Shown here in pieces: positions 16,226 through 36,361 of a DNA stretch of 64,000 nucleotides. The stretch lies in the NCBI RefSeq assembly GCF_009914755.1, contig NC_060930.1. One strand, given 5' to 3'. Within the stretch, counting starts at the first letter, position 1, and each line of letters opens with the position of its first letter. The notes under the pieces are model-generated. The model searched no databases, was not told where the DNA came from, and worked only from the letters and a program-made list of their open reading frames with translations. This DNA is from the human T2T-CHM13v2.0 reference genome, Homo sapiens. The position numbers and the translations under genes are program-made.

Positions 16226-16849
16226 AGAATTACATTTTTAAATTTATAAAATACTGATCCCAAATGGGAAAAGAATCCAAATTTGACATCAGATTCCCTG
16301 ATTTTGCTGAACTATGTGTTTATTGGTGCAAGAAGCTGGATAGCTAATAAGAATAGTAAGAGTTGATATTTTATTAACTTTTTTTCACTTCATACACAAT
16401 AAAGGGAAGAATTAATTTCTTCCATTAAAGACATCTGAGTCTGCTACTACTCTTATTTTCTAAACTGCTATGGATTATTAATTCTCCCATCAGCTACATC
16501 AAAGGGAGAACACTTCACAAAATTGAGTGACTGGATAGCTGTCATTTGTTTTCGACTCCTTTTTCTGCATTGAGAACAATATAAAGAATCACTCTGGGAA
16601 TGATTCAGGGAAGTGAAGATGATAAACAGTGTTCAGTTGTATTTTCTTTTTACTGCTTCTTTATGGACTTCATGTTGTACATGGGTTGAAGTTCATAGAG
16701 GCTTTAATAAATTTAAACCTGAGAGCTCATAAACCATGTTCCAGACTCTACAACTCTACAACTGTAATAGTTCTTTATTTTGCTCTGCTCTAAGGGATAC
16801 TAGCACACACTATGTCTCCAAACAATTTTCCAATCTATTTAACTTATGT

Positions 16850-17920
<1,071 letters not shown>

Positions 17921-17927
17921 AAGGCAT

Positions 17928-19340
17928 CGTCATAGGAGCCTTAGAGTGTTGCTTCACCGACCAGAAACTTCTGTGACAGGTGGTGCCTCTGCTTGGGTTT
18001 TGCTTGCATCCACTGGGCTCGGGCCAGGCACAGTGGCTCATGCCTGTAATCATGCTTGCTCATTCGGCCCAGCAGGTTGCACTCAGCTCGCAGTACTGGC
18101 CCGGATCCCATGCCTGCCAAGAGTGAGCCAGGCACAGAGTGGGGATGGGCGTGTGACTGAGTGAATGCAGGGTCCAGCCACGGCACGTGGCCAGGCACAC
18201 TGGCTGCAGTGGGGTGGGCAGCTCCAGGTGCCAGCACAGGCACCTGGCTCTGTGCAAGGCTGCAACTGGACCAGGCATACCATAAGCAGCTTCCACCATG
18301 GGCACCAGGGAACACAGTGGCGCCCAAAAGCTCAGAGATGCCAGGAACACAGAGCCCCAAAGAGGTTGTTACAGCTTGTCACAGCCCAGGATCAGGGAGC
18401 TGCAAGGTCTGGGCTCCCAGAAGGGCCACAGGTCTTCTTTCCTTCTTGCCACCCACAGCGTGGGGAGCGAGGGTGGGAGGGCATGTTTTGGGGAGGCGAG
18501 TTTTAGCCCATTTGTGTTACAGCTCTTTCAGTCCCACTGCCCGACTCCAGCCCGTGGCTCCTGGACTAGCCCAGCCCCACCACTGCTTCCTGTTGCATAG
18601 GGTGACCACTGGGAGCCAGTGGAAGGCAGAAGAGCTATACTGTTAAAGCAGCTCTGGCTTCAGGAACTCCAAGATCTGGGCTTCCAAAAGGTCACTACTT
18701 TTCATACCCACAATCCAGGAGTGTGTCACTGCCTGCAGCTCAGCAAGCCAGCCAGGAACATGTTATAGTTCCTTTTGTTCCTGCCATTTGGCAGGTCTCA
18801 AATTCCTGTCCCATGTCCATGAAGAATGAGGTATGAGGTTACACAGACAACTGTAGGGTGAGCAAGGTGGAGAGGAGCTTTATTGAGAGACAGAACAGCT
18901 CTTGAGAGACTCAAAGTGGGTAGCTCCACAGGCAGATCATCCCAAGGAGTGGCTGAGTCTGCAGTTATTATGTGCTCAGAATGGAGGAAGTACATGCTGA
19001 CTGGTCCATGGATGGCCGTGGGCAGGCCTTAAAAAAGCACCATCCAGCTGGCCAAAAGACATCAAGGAAGTTCTCACTCCTGGTCACAGACTCCACTTGG
19101 AACAGCCATCCCGGCCCCCAGGCTTTAGACCATCCCTGGCTTGAAGGTGAGGTTTCACTGGGGACTCATCCCTTCTCAACTAGTAACCTGTCTGCCTCCT
19201 ACTGCCATCAACATGCCATCTGCACCACCCAGACTGTTCATTCTGAGGGACACCTGCAGGCCCATGCCGAGCCCCACCGTCAGCCCCCTGCCAAATTTGT
19301 TCCTGAGCTAGTTGGCCCCCAAAGTTTCAGAGTGGGCTGA
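17928..19340 (-). mobile_element. MER52-like ERV1 LTR, truncated at right
   Basis: GTCATAGGAGCCTTAGAGTGTTGCTTCACC...GAGATGCCAGGAACACAGAGCCCCAAAGAGG; GC-rich and CpG-decayed. Confidence 0.8.
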
Positions 19341-19459
19341 GATGCATTCAGTTTAAGGCAGCAATTGAAACAGAAATTTTAAGGTCAGCAGCAAGAAAAA
19401 ATAAGCTCATTTTGATAAATAACATACAACAATATGACATTTTAAAATGTACTAGTGGT

Positions 19460-25080
<5,621 letters not shown>

Positions 25081-25859
25081 AAAGAGAAAATGAGTAGGTT
25101 GAGGAAAGTGCTGGGTCAATTTGTTTTATCAGAATAAAAGTCGAGAGTGATCTTGTCAAGAGCCATTTCTATGGAACAATGAAAGTGAAAACTAGGTTAA
25201 ATAGGTTGAAAAGTGATAGGAAGTGAGGAAGTCGAGATTGAATGAGTGACAACTTGGAAGAAATGAGTTTGAAGGAAATACATGAAGTGGTAAATAGAAG
25301 GAGACACGGGATAAAGGAGGCGATTTATAAATATAGATGGTTTTCTAATGTGCTTACATATATTTTCTCACGTTTCTCACCAAAACAAACCCTGAATAAA
25401 ATATCCTTTCTATTTAACAAGAAATAATGGTCTGTGATACAGATCCTTATAAAATTGCAGTAATTCCTGTCATGTAGGTCACTATGAAAACATTTTCTCA
25501 CTGTCCATGTAAAACCAAGCGCTACCAGAACAAAAGCAGAGAGCTTGACCTCAGATGTCACTTCAAAATGAGGTTATCTTATAATTTCACTGAAAAAAGA
25601 AAAAACAGCCAAACTTGCAGGATATTTTCAGCAAATATGAAAATTCTTTAGTTCTTCTCTCACATGTGAGAGACATATAGATAAACAAAGGACAGATAAA
25701 TAAGCTTAGATGAGGGAATGGGAAGGGCATCTCACTGCAAGGAGACAGCCGAGAAACTTGTTTTGGTATTTAATTTGACAACATGTAAAATTTAAGTAAA
25801 GGGACTAATTTTTAATTGAAGAGTTTCCACCCAAGTAAGTGTCCCGAGCATATTCTATT

Positions 25860-25990
25860 CATTTTTTCTAAACACAGTGAGGTTGACTCTATTATCTTAA
25901 ATTTACGATGAGGAAACAGATTTGTGGAAGTTAGCTGGGAAGTGTCAGATCCAGGGTCGAAGGCCAGCTTGTCCATCACCAAAGCCAATG
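25860..25990 (-). mobile_element. MIR fragment
   Basis: ATTTACGATGAGGAAACAGA core. Confidence 0.6.
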
Positions 25991-26009
25991 CTGAAGATAT
26001 ATTGTAATG

Positions 26010-26250
26010 AGCAACAGTAGAGGAAAATGGTTAGAAACATAGGCTAGGAAGCAGACTACGCAATTGATGTTCAATTTTACTTCCTACTAACTCTGTAAAC
26101 TTGTGCAAGTTATTTTTATATTCTATTCCAGTTTCCAACCTATAAAATGAGGATAAAGAAAATGCCTACTACACAGCATTGTTGTGGGGATTAAATGAAT
26201 TTAAACAGTGCCTGGACCATAGACCTTCATAAATGACAAGTGTTAGTATA
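26010..26250 (+). mobile_element. MIR SINE
   Basis: CAGTTTCCAACCTATAAAATGAGGATAA...TTGTTGTGGGGATTAAATGA...AACAGTGCCTGG. Confidence 0.8.
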
Positions 26251-26509
26251 TTATCTTCTCTTAAGAAAAAAATGGTCTCTCTATTTGGAAAGGTCACCCT
26301 TTTAATAGAGTATTAGTAGTTACTTTAGTCAGCAGAGATGTTTCTCAGTCAAATCACCCTAAACCAGTTTTGATCTTGTATCTGAATAGAGGCAACTAGA
26401 ATTTTAATTTCAAAATCATCCCATCCAAAAACAAAATTGTCTTTGGCTCAACACTGCATATGTATTTACTTGTTGTTCAAGATTTCCTTCCCACCAATAA
26501 CTCTTTGTT

Positions 26510-27033
26510 TGTCTTCCTGTAAAGAAAATGATGAGGGCTAAATCCATCAGCACCAAAGCTGGGAAGCCCTCCAGGTTCATTTGGAAGAAAATACTCCTCT
26601 GAGCTCAAAGGAAGTGTGATCTGTCACAATATTGTATGCCTGCACTAAGTTTGCATCCTGAAAACTCACTGGAAGATAGGAAAGCAAGCATGAAAAAGCA
26701 GCCGGGTCAGACAGGCTTCTGGATTCAGTGTGTGGACATGACTTTGCCTGCATGAATTGCCCCTTTCTCCTACAAACAAGAGAATTCGGTCAAGTGGATG
26801 TGGCAGAACTGGGCTGCTCTGAGATGATAGAAAAGGGCTCCTGCTTTTCCTGTAATTGCAGCCCCTTGTTCTTGTGGTTGCTACATGCAATAAATGTAAT
26901 TCTATGAGAAGGACCAGCCCTTACATCCCATCAAAATGTTTCCTGGAAACCTGGAGCACAGAACTCTGATATCCTCTCACACTGTGGCAGGAGAAGCAGC
27001 ACAAGGCACAATGCTGAAATAGCATGGTCCAGG
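26510..27033 (+). other. OPRM1: OPRM1 exon 11 (11a+11b), first exon of E11-promoter transcripts
   Basis: Non-repetitive segment containing the 11a coding sequence; candidate donor CAGG|GTAGGG at 27033/27034; start approximate and based on recalled annotation of about 520 nt. Confidence 0.65.
26528..26574 (+). CDS. OPRM1: OPRM1 exon 11a coding part (MMRAKSISTKAGKPSR, N-terminus of the 6-TM isoform hMOR-1G2)
   Basis: ATG ATG AGG GCT AAA TCC ATC AGC ACC AAA GCT GGG AAG CCC TCC AG|GT; 47 nt, phase 2, the same phase as the exon 1 donor, so it is in frame with exon 2. Confidence 0.85.
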
Positions 27034-28712
27034 GTAGGGTACAGCTCATTTATTTTGTTGAAGAAATCCTTTTCATTGCATTTGCTGGAAGAGGAGGAGT
27101 AAGGGCTGCTTGACACTCATCTCTTAAATGCTATACATTCTACCTTGTCCCTGTGATGTAAGAGCAGGAAATAAGGAATACCAAGCACAAAAATAGTAGT
27201 TAACAATTTTGTGGGTTAAATGATAAAGTGTGTGTGTGCATGTCTGTGTTTTCTCACAGTGGCCATAGAGTAAGTGATTTTTATGCCAAATTATGGTTTT
27301 ATAGAAATTATTTCGGAGTTCCTATGGTGACTTCTTAACTTTATCAGACAGTTGGCAGTTTGGACAACTTATAGAGAAATCTAGGACTCCCAGCTAAGGA
27401 AATTAATATTTACAAAAATCAGCCAATAGCAAAGAGAAGAAAAGCTCTGACAGATTAAAAAGTTTCACAAAAGTGGTATTTTTTAGTGTAAACATAAACT
27501 GCTTTAAGAATGCATAATTATCTTTGTACACCTATATGCATGTGTATTCAACACAATGCTCATACAAAGAATTTAAGCCCAAGTAATTTTAGTTGAAAAA
27601 ATACATATTTTTCAATTACATGAATGTTCAAGAAAAAGTAAAAATTATTCCGACCACAACAACTTTCAAAATGATGTCACAGTTTTCCACTTTATTTGTG
27701 TGTAGACTATTTTAGAACATTTCCTCTTTTCAAAAAGAAGTCATCTTTGACAGCCATTAGAATGAGCACAAAATAGGCCCATTTATTTATTTATTTCACA
27801 GATGGACAACTAATACAGATGGTACTGTTAAAATTATGTCACATCAATGTTTGCAGGGAACTTGGATTTAACATTATGAAAAAAGATTCATTCAGAAATA
27901 AAAAGGGTGATACTTTGAGAGTCAACGTGAGTCTACTTTCCAATGAATTCAAGCAATACTTCAACTGTCAACTAAATAATTTAAGTTATTGGACTTCCAC
28001 TTCCAAATGTAAAAACTGAAATATCTTCCTTAATTGCATTTTTAGCAGTTACATGATGAGACTAAATCAATAACACCAATGGAATTGAGTATTTACAATC
28101 ATTGTTGCTTCAGCAAAAGGTTTGGACTGAACAAAAGGTTTGGACATAACTATGGGCTAAATAATAGAAGTGTAACAAGCTACGATTTTTAATAGCTGTG
28201 TTTTAATAGTTGACAAATTTCTGAAATAATCTCAAGCAAGTAAAGCTCAGTAGAAATAAACATTAGTTTTCTAATCACTGTTATAATAGAAACTTTCCAC
28301 AATGTTTAAATTATTAAGAATTTTTAATCCTCAGAAAGTAGCAGTAAATGGATCATCAACTTTTGTTCTGGATCATGAATAGATATATGTATTTCCTTCC
28401 TTTAAGATCTATTGGGCACACTTAAGCTGAATATACAAATTTTTGTAGTTCCCACTTTTGGCAAAACAGTGGCCTTTATGGTGTCATTCTATTTTCCGAG
28501 CCCTCTTAGGTATTATCTCTCCAAAGGATTAAAGTGGCAAATAGTGCCCAGCCTGGAGTCTTAAACTCAAAGGTAGGATTTGGTCACAATTGCTGTTTCT
28601 ATTATATTTTCATTAATTATTTTTTCTTTCTTTGAATGTATTCATTTTCAGCAATGTTCAAAAGTTAAAATAGGGTCTATGACATGTTTTCTAAAAATGA
28701 ATGAAATGTGGG

Positions 28713-29070
28713 TGTCTCAATCAGTTTGGGCTGCTATAATGGAATACCATAGACTGGTGATTTAAACAACAGAAATTTATTTCTCAAAGTTCTGGAGCCT
28801 GGGAAGTCCAAGATCAATTTCTGGTGAGCGCTTTCTTCCAGGTTTATAGATAGCCGTCCTTTGCTGTGTCTTCACATGACATACACAGGGAGAGAGGAAG
28901 AAAGCCTTCTTGGGTCTCTTCTCATAAGGGCACTCATCCCATCATAAGAGCTCCACCCTCATGACCCAACCACCTGCCAAAGGCTCCATCTCCAAATGCC
29001 ATTATATTGACGAATAGGGTTTCAACATATGAATGTGGTTGGCAGGGCTGGGGGGGTACACAAATAGCAT
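28713..29070 (-). mobile_element. MLT1A-like MaLR solo LTR
   Basis: TTTGGGCTGCTATAATGGAATACCATAGACTGG...GGGTTTCAACATATGAAT. Confidence 0.85.
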
Positions 29071-29627
29071 ATGAATGAATTTGTTTCATAATATTTATTG
29101 CATCATATCCTTGATGATTTAGGCCTGCCAAAAAGAGGAAGAGAGTTTTCAAGTGGACGTTAGCCTTGAGCCTCAAACATTTTGATTCCTGCTTTTTAAA
29201 TGTATCCAATAATCAAGAGAGAACAATAACAATGAAGGATGTGATGCATAGAATACCAACCAGTTACAGCCAGGAAACTTTCAAAAACTAATACATGAAA
29301 TTCTTAGAAGAGCTTATAAATAGCTATGTTCATTTCATTTTAGTCATTTTATATTCGCCTGTGAGAGAGAGAATAAACTGAGAAATTCTATAAGCAATGT
29401 CATTCAAGTGCCTGAAATAATCAATGCATGCTGGCAAAAGTTACAGAAAGAATTTGTGAATTTATGCATCCAACAAATGTTTATGGGGAACCAATTTCAT
29501 TTTGGACAGAATTTTCTGCCTTCATGGAGTTCACATCAAAGAGTAGAATAAACACATAAGTAAAATTTAATAGGTTGAATAATGGTAAAAGTTTAATAAA
29601 GCTTAGTAAAATGAAGTATCAATAGTG

Positions 29628-30072
29628 TGTCCATTAGTTTACTATTGCCACAAAATTGTCACATTTCAGCAATACGTATTTATTGCTCATGTGTCTGAGA
29701 TCTGTCAACTATGCTGATGTTGGCGGGGGTTGGCTGACTGAAAGGTGATCAAAGCTGACCCTGGCTAAGGTGACTGGAGCAACCAGTATGTGTCTCCACC
29801 TCCAGCATGTTAGTCTGAGCAGGTTATCAAGGCTTTGGAAGGAGTGGGAAGACATGTGGAAAGAGCCAAGGCTTCTTGAGACCTAGACTTGAACTAGCAC
29901 ACTGTCACTTCCAGCTCATTCTATTGGGGAAAGAAAGTCATATTGTTGATCCTAGAGTCAAAGAACAGAGCAGGTCATCCTACGCATTGAGAGAAGGAAC
30001 TGGAGAGTCACATAGTAAAGGATATAGAGGCAAGGAAGGGTAAGAAATGGGGCCAGTGATGCATCTACCATG
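29628..30072 (-). mobile_element. Old MLT1 LTR within L2 fragments
   Basis: TTAGTTTACTATTGCC...GAACTAGCACACTGTCACTTCCAGCTCATTCTATTGG. Confidence 0.65.
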
Positions 30073-30849
30073 GCGTGGATGCTACTCCAAAGGAGAGGTC
30101 AGGAAAGAGGTTACTGATCTATTTGATCTAACTGATAAGACACCTTAAGGAGGTAAATAAGTGAGCTACAGAAATATCTGGAAGAAATATTTCAAGTGCA
30201 GACGCCATAAGGCAGTATGGAAGAAATGATGGAAGTGTGGTAGAAATGGTCACAGAGGTGGTGGAGGAGTGAGGTGGGACACACATCTTGTAGGGCCTTG
30301 TAGGCCATTCGAAGAAACTTGATTTTACTCTAAGAAAGATAAGAAGCCAGTTAAGGATTATGAGGGATGGAAAAACATAACCTTATATTTAAGAGGTTTC
30401 CTACAATGGACAAAAAGCTGAGCAGGCTGCTGGTTGTCATTAAAAAAGTGAATATTAAGAGCCATAGACAATGAGAGGAATTGATAAATTGGACATGCAG
30501 GATCATATATACAAAACTACATACCTGGTACCTTAAAGGAAATTTAATGACTGTTGAAGGTAAGGTGACTTAAAATTTGCTTATGCTGAATTTAGATAAA
30601 AAAAAAAGCCCAGCTAAGCAGAGATTTCACCATAAGCTATGTCCTTGAATACGTTACTGCTGGGCCCACTGAGCACAGATATCCTTTCATTTATGTGGTA
30701 TATGCATTTCTAAAAGGTCTATGGGGTTTTGAATTTTAAAGTGAAGTAGTTTTCCCATTACTATAATGGAAGTTATGTATCCCCATGCAGAAATGAAATT
30801 AAAATTCTCCAAAATAAAATTTGCCTTAAACAATAAGAGAATTGAATAA

Positions 30850-32650
30850 GGCATAGGGTATAAAAAGTAAGCCTGCCAAAAGCAATATCCTATATGCACA
30901 CATAACTAAATTGAAGATACAATGGGAAAGAAGACCATATCTGATATAGCCAAAATGTATAATAATATAAAACATCTAGGCTAAATTTTAGCAAGAAGTG
31001 TTCACATCTCTAGAGGAAATCTAGAAAACACTCTTCAAAGACACAAAGTAAACTTAAACAAATGAAAAGATATGCCATTACTTAGGAAGAAGCAACCTTA
31101 TAAGGAGATCAGTTCTCCCTCAGGTAATTTTGAAATTTAATACAACACCATTGAAAACCACCAGGTTTTTCTTTTCTAGAGCTTGAGAAGTTAATTATAA
31201 AGTTCATTTGGGAAAAAAAGCAAACATATGGAGAGAGTGGCCAGTCTTATTTGTTATTAAAATCCACTAAAAGTCTCATAACGGTGTAGAATGTGTTATG
31301 TAAAGAGACAGAGAGACTAATGGCACAAAATTTAAAAATTCTGAAATCAACTTGGTTACATATACATACATACATAGAAAATATGGGATACAATAAAGAT
31401 GGAATCTCAAGTCTAAACTGAAAAGGTGAACTTTTTAGTAACTTGAATTGAGATAATTTGATAGCCATATGGAAAAAGACAAAAATTAGATCAGTCTCTT
31501 ACATCATATATGAGAATAAATTCCGAAGGGATCAAAAAGTAGATTCTAAAAAATTAAACCCTGTATTACTAGAAGTTAACATGGGTAAATTCTATAATCT
31601 GAGAGTGGGAAAACTGCCACGCTACTACTCGAAGTCCAGAAGTAATACAGGAAAAAATTGATGAATATGAATACATAAAATAAAAAGATATTTTTGGTAT
31701 GGCAAAATCATAAGCAAATAAAGACAAATGACAAACTGAAAAAAAATAGCTAAGTGCTATATCTCTAATATATAAAGATCTTCTAAAATAAAGAAAAAAC
31801 AGACCCTATTTTTAAACAGGACAGAAAATTAAAGAGATCTCACAAGAAAGCAAATGGCTCTTAACTCTGAGAGATGGTCAACCTCACTGATAAGAGAAAT
31901 AAAATTAAAACTACACTGAGATATCATTTCTCACCTACTAGATCAGCACAAATCCAAGAGGTTGAAATCACATTCTGTTGTCAAATTCATGAAGAATCAG
32001 ACACTCATATATATTTCTTGTAGAGTTGCAAAATGTACAATTTCCAAGGAAAGAAAGCTAATAATATCTAGCAAAATTACATATGCGTGTATCCTTTGAC
32101 CCAGCATTAACTCTAGGAATCTACCTCAAAGACACAGTGGCAAAAATCCAAAATGCACAGGGCAATTCACTGTACTCCTGTTTAGAACAGCAAATGTCAG
32201 AGAACAACTCAAATGTTCATTAATAAGGCACTGGTTGAATAAAGTATGGTAATTCCACACACATGCAAAAATAGTTTACAATTATAAAAAGCAGTGAAAT
32301 ATGTCTCTGCATATCATTATGTACTATCACAGGAAACTATATTAAAGTAGCAGGTTATAAAATTATACACAAAAAGCATAAGAAAGTAGGGAGGAGATAA
32401 AATTGTGTAGTGTGACAACAATTACCTAAGGATAGAAGAGAATATACTGTTAATACATATACATATCTGTTTATGGTAACAATTTATGGAGAAAACAAAA
32501 TTTTTAAATTACCTTTAAGTGAGGGAAGAAGGGGAAAAGGCAGTGAGTAAAGAGTAGCTAAACTTCTTTAGAATGTACTTTACTTTGTATACCTGACTCT
32601 GATAAGAATTTAAATTGCTGATAAAACATATTGCAACACTGTAATTTATA
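30850..32650 (+). mobile_element. Old L1ME/MC ORF2 and 3' remnant
   Basis: AAAATTAAAACTACACTGAGATATCATTTCTCACCTACTAGA; CCTTTGACCCAGCA...CTCTAGGAATCTAC. Confidence 0.7.
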
Positions 32651-33089
32651 GAAGTGAATTTGGAGAACTTATGCTGAAAGTTATTTTCAAGTTTAGGAAT
32701 TCTAATTCAAATTTTGTCATATGACATTAAGTTATTTTCTAAAGTTAGGAATACACAACAGCTATGTTGGCATGTGTGAAAACACATACGTGTGGACTGT
32801 ATTTTTCACTGTGATAAGAGCTCCAGTATACAGCAGAAAGAGACGGAGTCTGGTGGAGAGTTTCTCAATTGGAAATCAGGTCACTAGCCAAATAAACAGA
32901 AAAAATTTCTCTGAAAACAAACAGAAAAAACCCACAATGGTTACTGATTGTATCCAGAAATAATGATTGGGGTTTGTTCCCTTAATGGATATGATCCTGT
33001 TTATGTAATCAAATACAAATATCTCAGTTTACTTCTTAGCTTACTTTTTCATTGAGCTATCAAGCTGATTTTGACACAAAATTGACTTA

Positions 33090-33312
33090 TCTCCCTAGCA
33101 CTTATCACCATCTGACATTACATGAAACTAATTTCTCTCCTCTCTCCCTCTCTCTTCCTCTTCCTTCTCACACCCCATCTTTCTTTCCTCCCTCTGCAAC
33201 ATAAGCTCCATTAAACCAGGGAATTTGTGTTTTTACTCTTTTAACTAAGTACTTGGTACTAGTGCCTGACAAATAGGTGATGCCTGATAAATATTTGTTA
33301 AGTAAATGCATG
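33090..33312 (+). mobile_element. L2 3' end
   Basis: TAGCACTTATCACCATCTGACAT...AGTGCCTGACAAATAGG...ATAAATATTTGTT. Confidence 0.7.
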
Positions 33313-34150
33313 GGCGAGTATTGATTTTTTGTCACAGCCAAAAATCTAACTGAGATTTGATATGGTCACAGTGCGTTTTGCCATGCGTATCAATCCAGGT
33401 ATTTATGATGGACAGCGTCTCTTGTAGGCTTTTAATGGCACTGGGGCACAGGCGTACATGAGATCAGGGCAGACTGTCCTGGCTAAAGAGGATGCTCTCT
33501 GAAGGCATTCACTCCATCTTCCACAGAGCCTAGTTCACGCACCTGGATACAGAGACTTAGGACAGAACCTATCTCATGTGGTTATTCAAGGAAAGTACCC
33601 AATACACTGTCTGGCAGACAGTCAAGAAAATTTATTGTTCATACCCATAAGTTATGAGAAGGGATAAAGGGAAGAAGTCTGAAGGAGCCATAAAGCCTCC
33701 CCAACACCTAACTTCCTCGATTTCCCATTCTGCTATTTTTCATACAGGTGACCATGGTTAACTTTTTGGAATGATTTGAGCATCAGCTTCTGAATTAGAA
33801 AAATTGAAATAAAATAATTCCTGCTCAATCAAAAAGTCAAATAAGACCATTTAAGTGGAAGTGATATGTTACTATATAACTGTGCTGTTTCCTTTTCATC
33901 TACCCACTCAAACCACCTAGTCAATTAAGCCAACTGTTCAATCAATCAAACAGTACGTATTCATGATCACACACCAAGTGAGAGGCACTGAACTCTTCAC
34001 CATGTAGAATAATGTAGGTATTTACAGCACTCCCCAGGGAAACCACAGACAAAAGATTCACTGAAATCTTCTGATTTTTGTTTAACATGCAGCTGCGGGC
34101 ACTCAGGTATAAACAAAGAGATTTTTTTCTCCCAAGAATATATTCTTGGG

Positions 34151-34460
34151 GACCAGGCACTGTGGCTCATGCCTGTAATCCCAGCACTTTGGGAGACCGA
34201 GGTGGATGGATCACTTGAGGTCAGGAGTTTGAGACCAGCCTGGCCAACATGGTGAAACTCTCTCTCTTCTAAAAATATAAAGAATTAGCCAGGCATGGTG
34301 GCTCTCACCTGTAATTCTAGCTACTTGGGAGGCTGAGGAACGAGAATCACTTGAACCTAGGAGGCAGAGGTTGCAGTGAGCTGAGATCAGGCCACTGAAC
34401 TCCAGCCTGTGTGACAGAGTGAGACTCTGTCTCAAAAACAAACAAACAAACAAAAAGAAG
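34151..34460 (+). mobile_element. AluS SINE
   Basis: Full dimer; TSD-like AATATATTCTTGGG / ATACATCCTTGGG. Confidence 0.92.
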
Positions 34461-35743
34461 AAAATATACATCCTTGGGTTCCAAGTTCTTTCTCATTTTC
34501 TATTGTGCCCCGTTAATTCTTTTTTTTTTTTTTGTCTTTTCTGGCCCTGCATATCAAAAATGTGGGAGACCAAAACCAATTATAGTCCTAGTAAATAATA
34601 AAAACAGATTAAGTCTTCTGATATTGTCCCAAGAGAAAACATTTGATACTCTTTTCAAATCACAATGTCATTCTCCTATCCAAACTACAGGTTCGGGAAT
34701 GAAGACTCAACCCCTGAGAATACTACTATCCCCTGACCCAGGATAAACTTTCTCTGCATGGTTTATACGGAAAAACAAAGTGTGTTCTATTGAAACAAAA
34801 TGTGTTCTATTTGGGTTCAAGGCCCACCTTCCTTATATCCAGCATTAGACTATTTTCCAGGAACCTCACTTGCACCTGTATTAATATCTTCTCTTTCTGA
34901 ACACATAATTTCTCCTCCACAAATTTTGTTTTTCCTTATATCACAAATTTCTTAACAATATTACTTTTTTTTATTTTTTAATTTCAGTTTGATGGGTGCC
35001 TAGTAGGTGTATATACTTATAGGGTACATGGTATGTTTTGATACACGCATGCAATGTGTAATAATCACATCATGCCAAATCGAGCACCCAACCTCTCGCG
35101 CATTTATTTTTGTGTTACAAACAATCCAATTACATTATTTTAGTAATTTTAAAATGTACACTTAAATTATGATTGACTGTAGTCACCCTGTTGTGCTTTT
35201 TTTTTTTTTTTTGGCTTACTGATAGCATGCTTTTTTAAAAAATCATCTTTATTTTTTAGAGCAGTTTTAAGTTCACAGCAAAATAGAGCAGAAAATGCAG
35301 AGAATTTCCATATGACCATTGCTCCCTCACACACACACACACACACAGCCTCCCCACAATTAACACCTCTTGCCTTTGTTACAATCAACGAACCGAACCT
35401 ATATTGACATATTATTATCACCCAAAGTCCATAGTTTACATTAGAGTTCACTTTTGGTGTTGTACATTCTATGGGTTTTGACAAACATATAAAGACATGC
35501 ATTCACCATTATAGTACCATATAGAATAGTTTCACTGCCCTAAAAATTCGTACACTCTTCCCATTTTTTCCTCCCTCCCTCCAATCTCTCACAACCATTG
35601 ACTTTTCTACTGTCTCCAGAGTTTTGTCTTTTCCAGAATGTCATATGGTTGAAGTCACACAGTACATAGCTTTTTCAGATTGGCTCATTTCACTTAGAAA
35701 TGTGAATTTAAGGTTTCTCTATGTATTTCCATAGCTTAGTGGC

Positions 35744-35744
<1 letters not shown>

Positions 35745-35779
<35 letters not shown>

Positions 35780-36048
35780 TGAGACAGGGTCTCGCTCTGT
35801 TGCCCAGGCACAAACATGGCTCACTGCAGCCTCTCCTTTCCGGGCTCAAGCAATCCCCCCATCTCAGTCCCCCAGGTAGCTGGGACTACAGACACATGCC
35901 ACCGTGCTTGGCTAATTTTTGTATTTTTTGTAGAGATGGGTTTTCACCATGTTGGCCAGGGTCGTCTCAAACTCTTGGGAGCAAGTGATCCATCCACGTT
36001 GGCCTCCCAAACTGCTGGGATTATAGGTGTGAGCCACCGCACCCAGCT
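35745..36048 (-). mobile_element. AluJ SINE
   Basis: GAGACAGGGTCTCGCTCTGTTGCC...CATGGCTCACTGCAGCCTC...GGGCTCAAGCAATCC. Confidence 0.9.
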
Positions 36049-36268
36049 GATAGCTTATTTCTTTTTAGCCCTGAAAAATACCCCATTGTCTGGATGTACT
36101 ACAGTTTATCCATTCACCTACTGAGAGACAATTTAGTTGCTTCCAATTTTGACAATTATGAATAAAGCTGCTATAAACATCTGTATGCAGGTTTTATATG
36201 GACATAACTTTTCAACTCATCTGAGTAAATACCAAGGAACATGATTATGGGATTGCATGGTAAAAATA

Positions 36269-36361
36269 TGTTTAGTTTTTTAAGAAATTGCCAAACTGTT
36301 TTCAACAGTGGCTAGGTGTTTAGTTTTTTAAGAAATTGTCAAACTGTTTTCTACAGTGGCT
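36269..36361 (+). repeat. 45-bp direct duplication (2 mismatches, 3-bp spacer)
   Basis: TGTTTAGTTTTTTAAGAAATTGYCAAACTGTTTTCWACAGTGGCT at 36269 and 36317. Confidence 0.95.

Noticed and set aside
17941-19340. Cluster of 100-160 aa ORFs on both strands
   Set aside because: They lie in the GC-rich MER52 LTR, where stop codons are scarce, and show no protein similarity I recognise.
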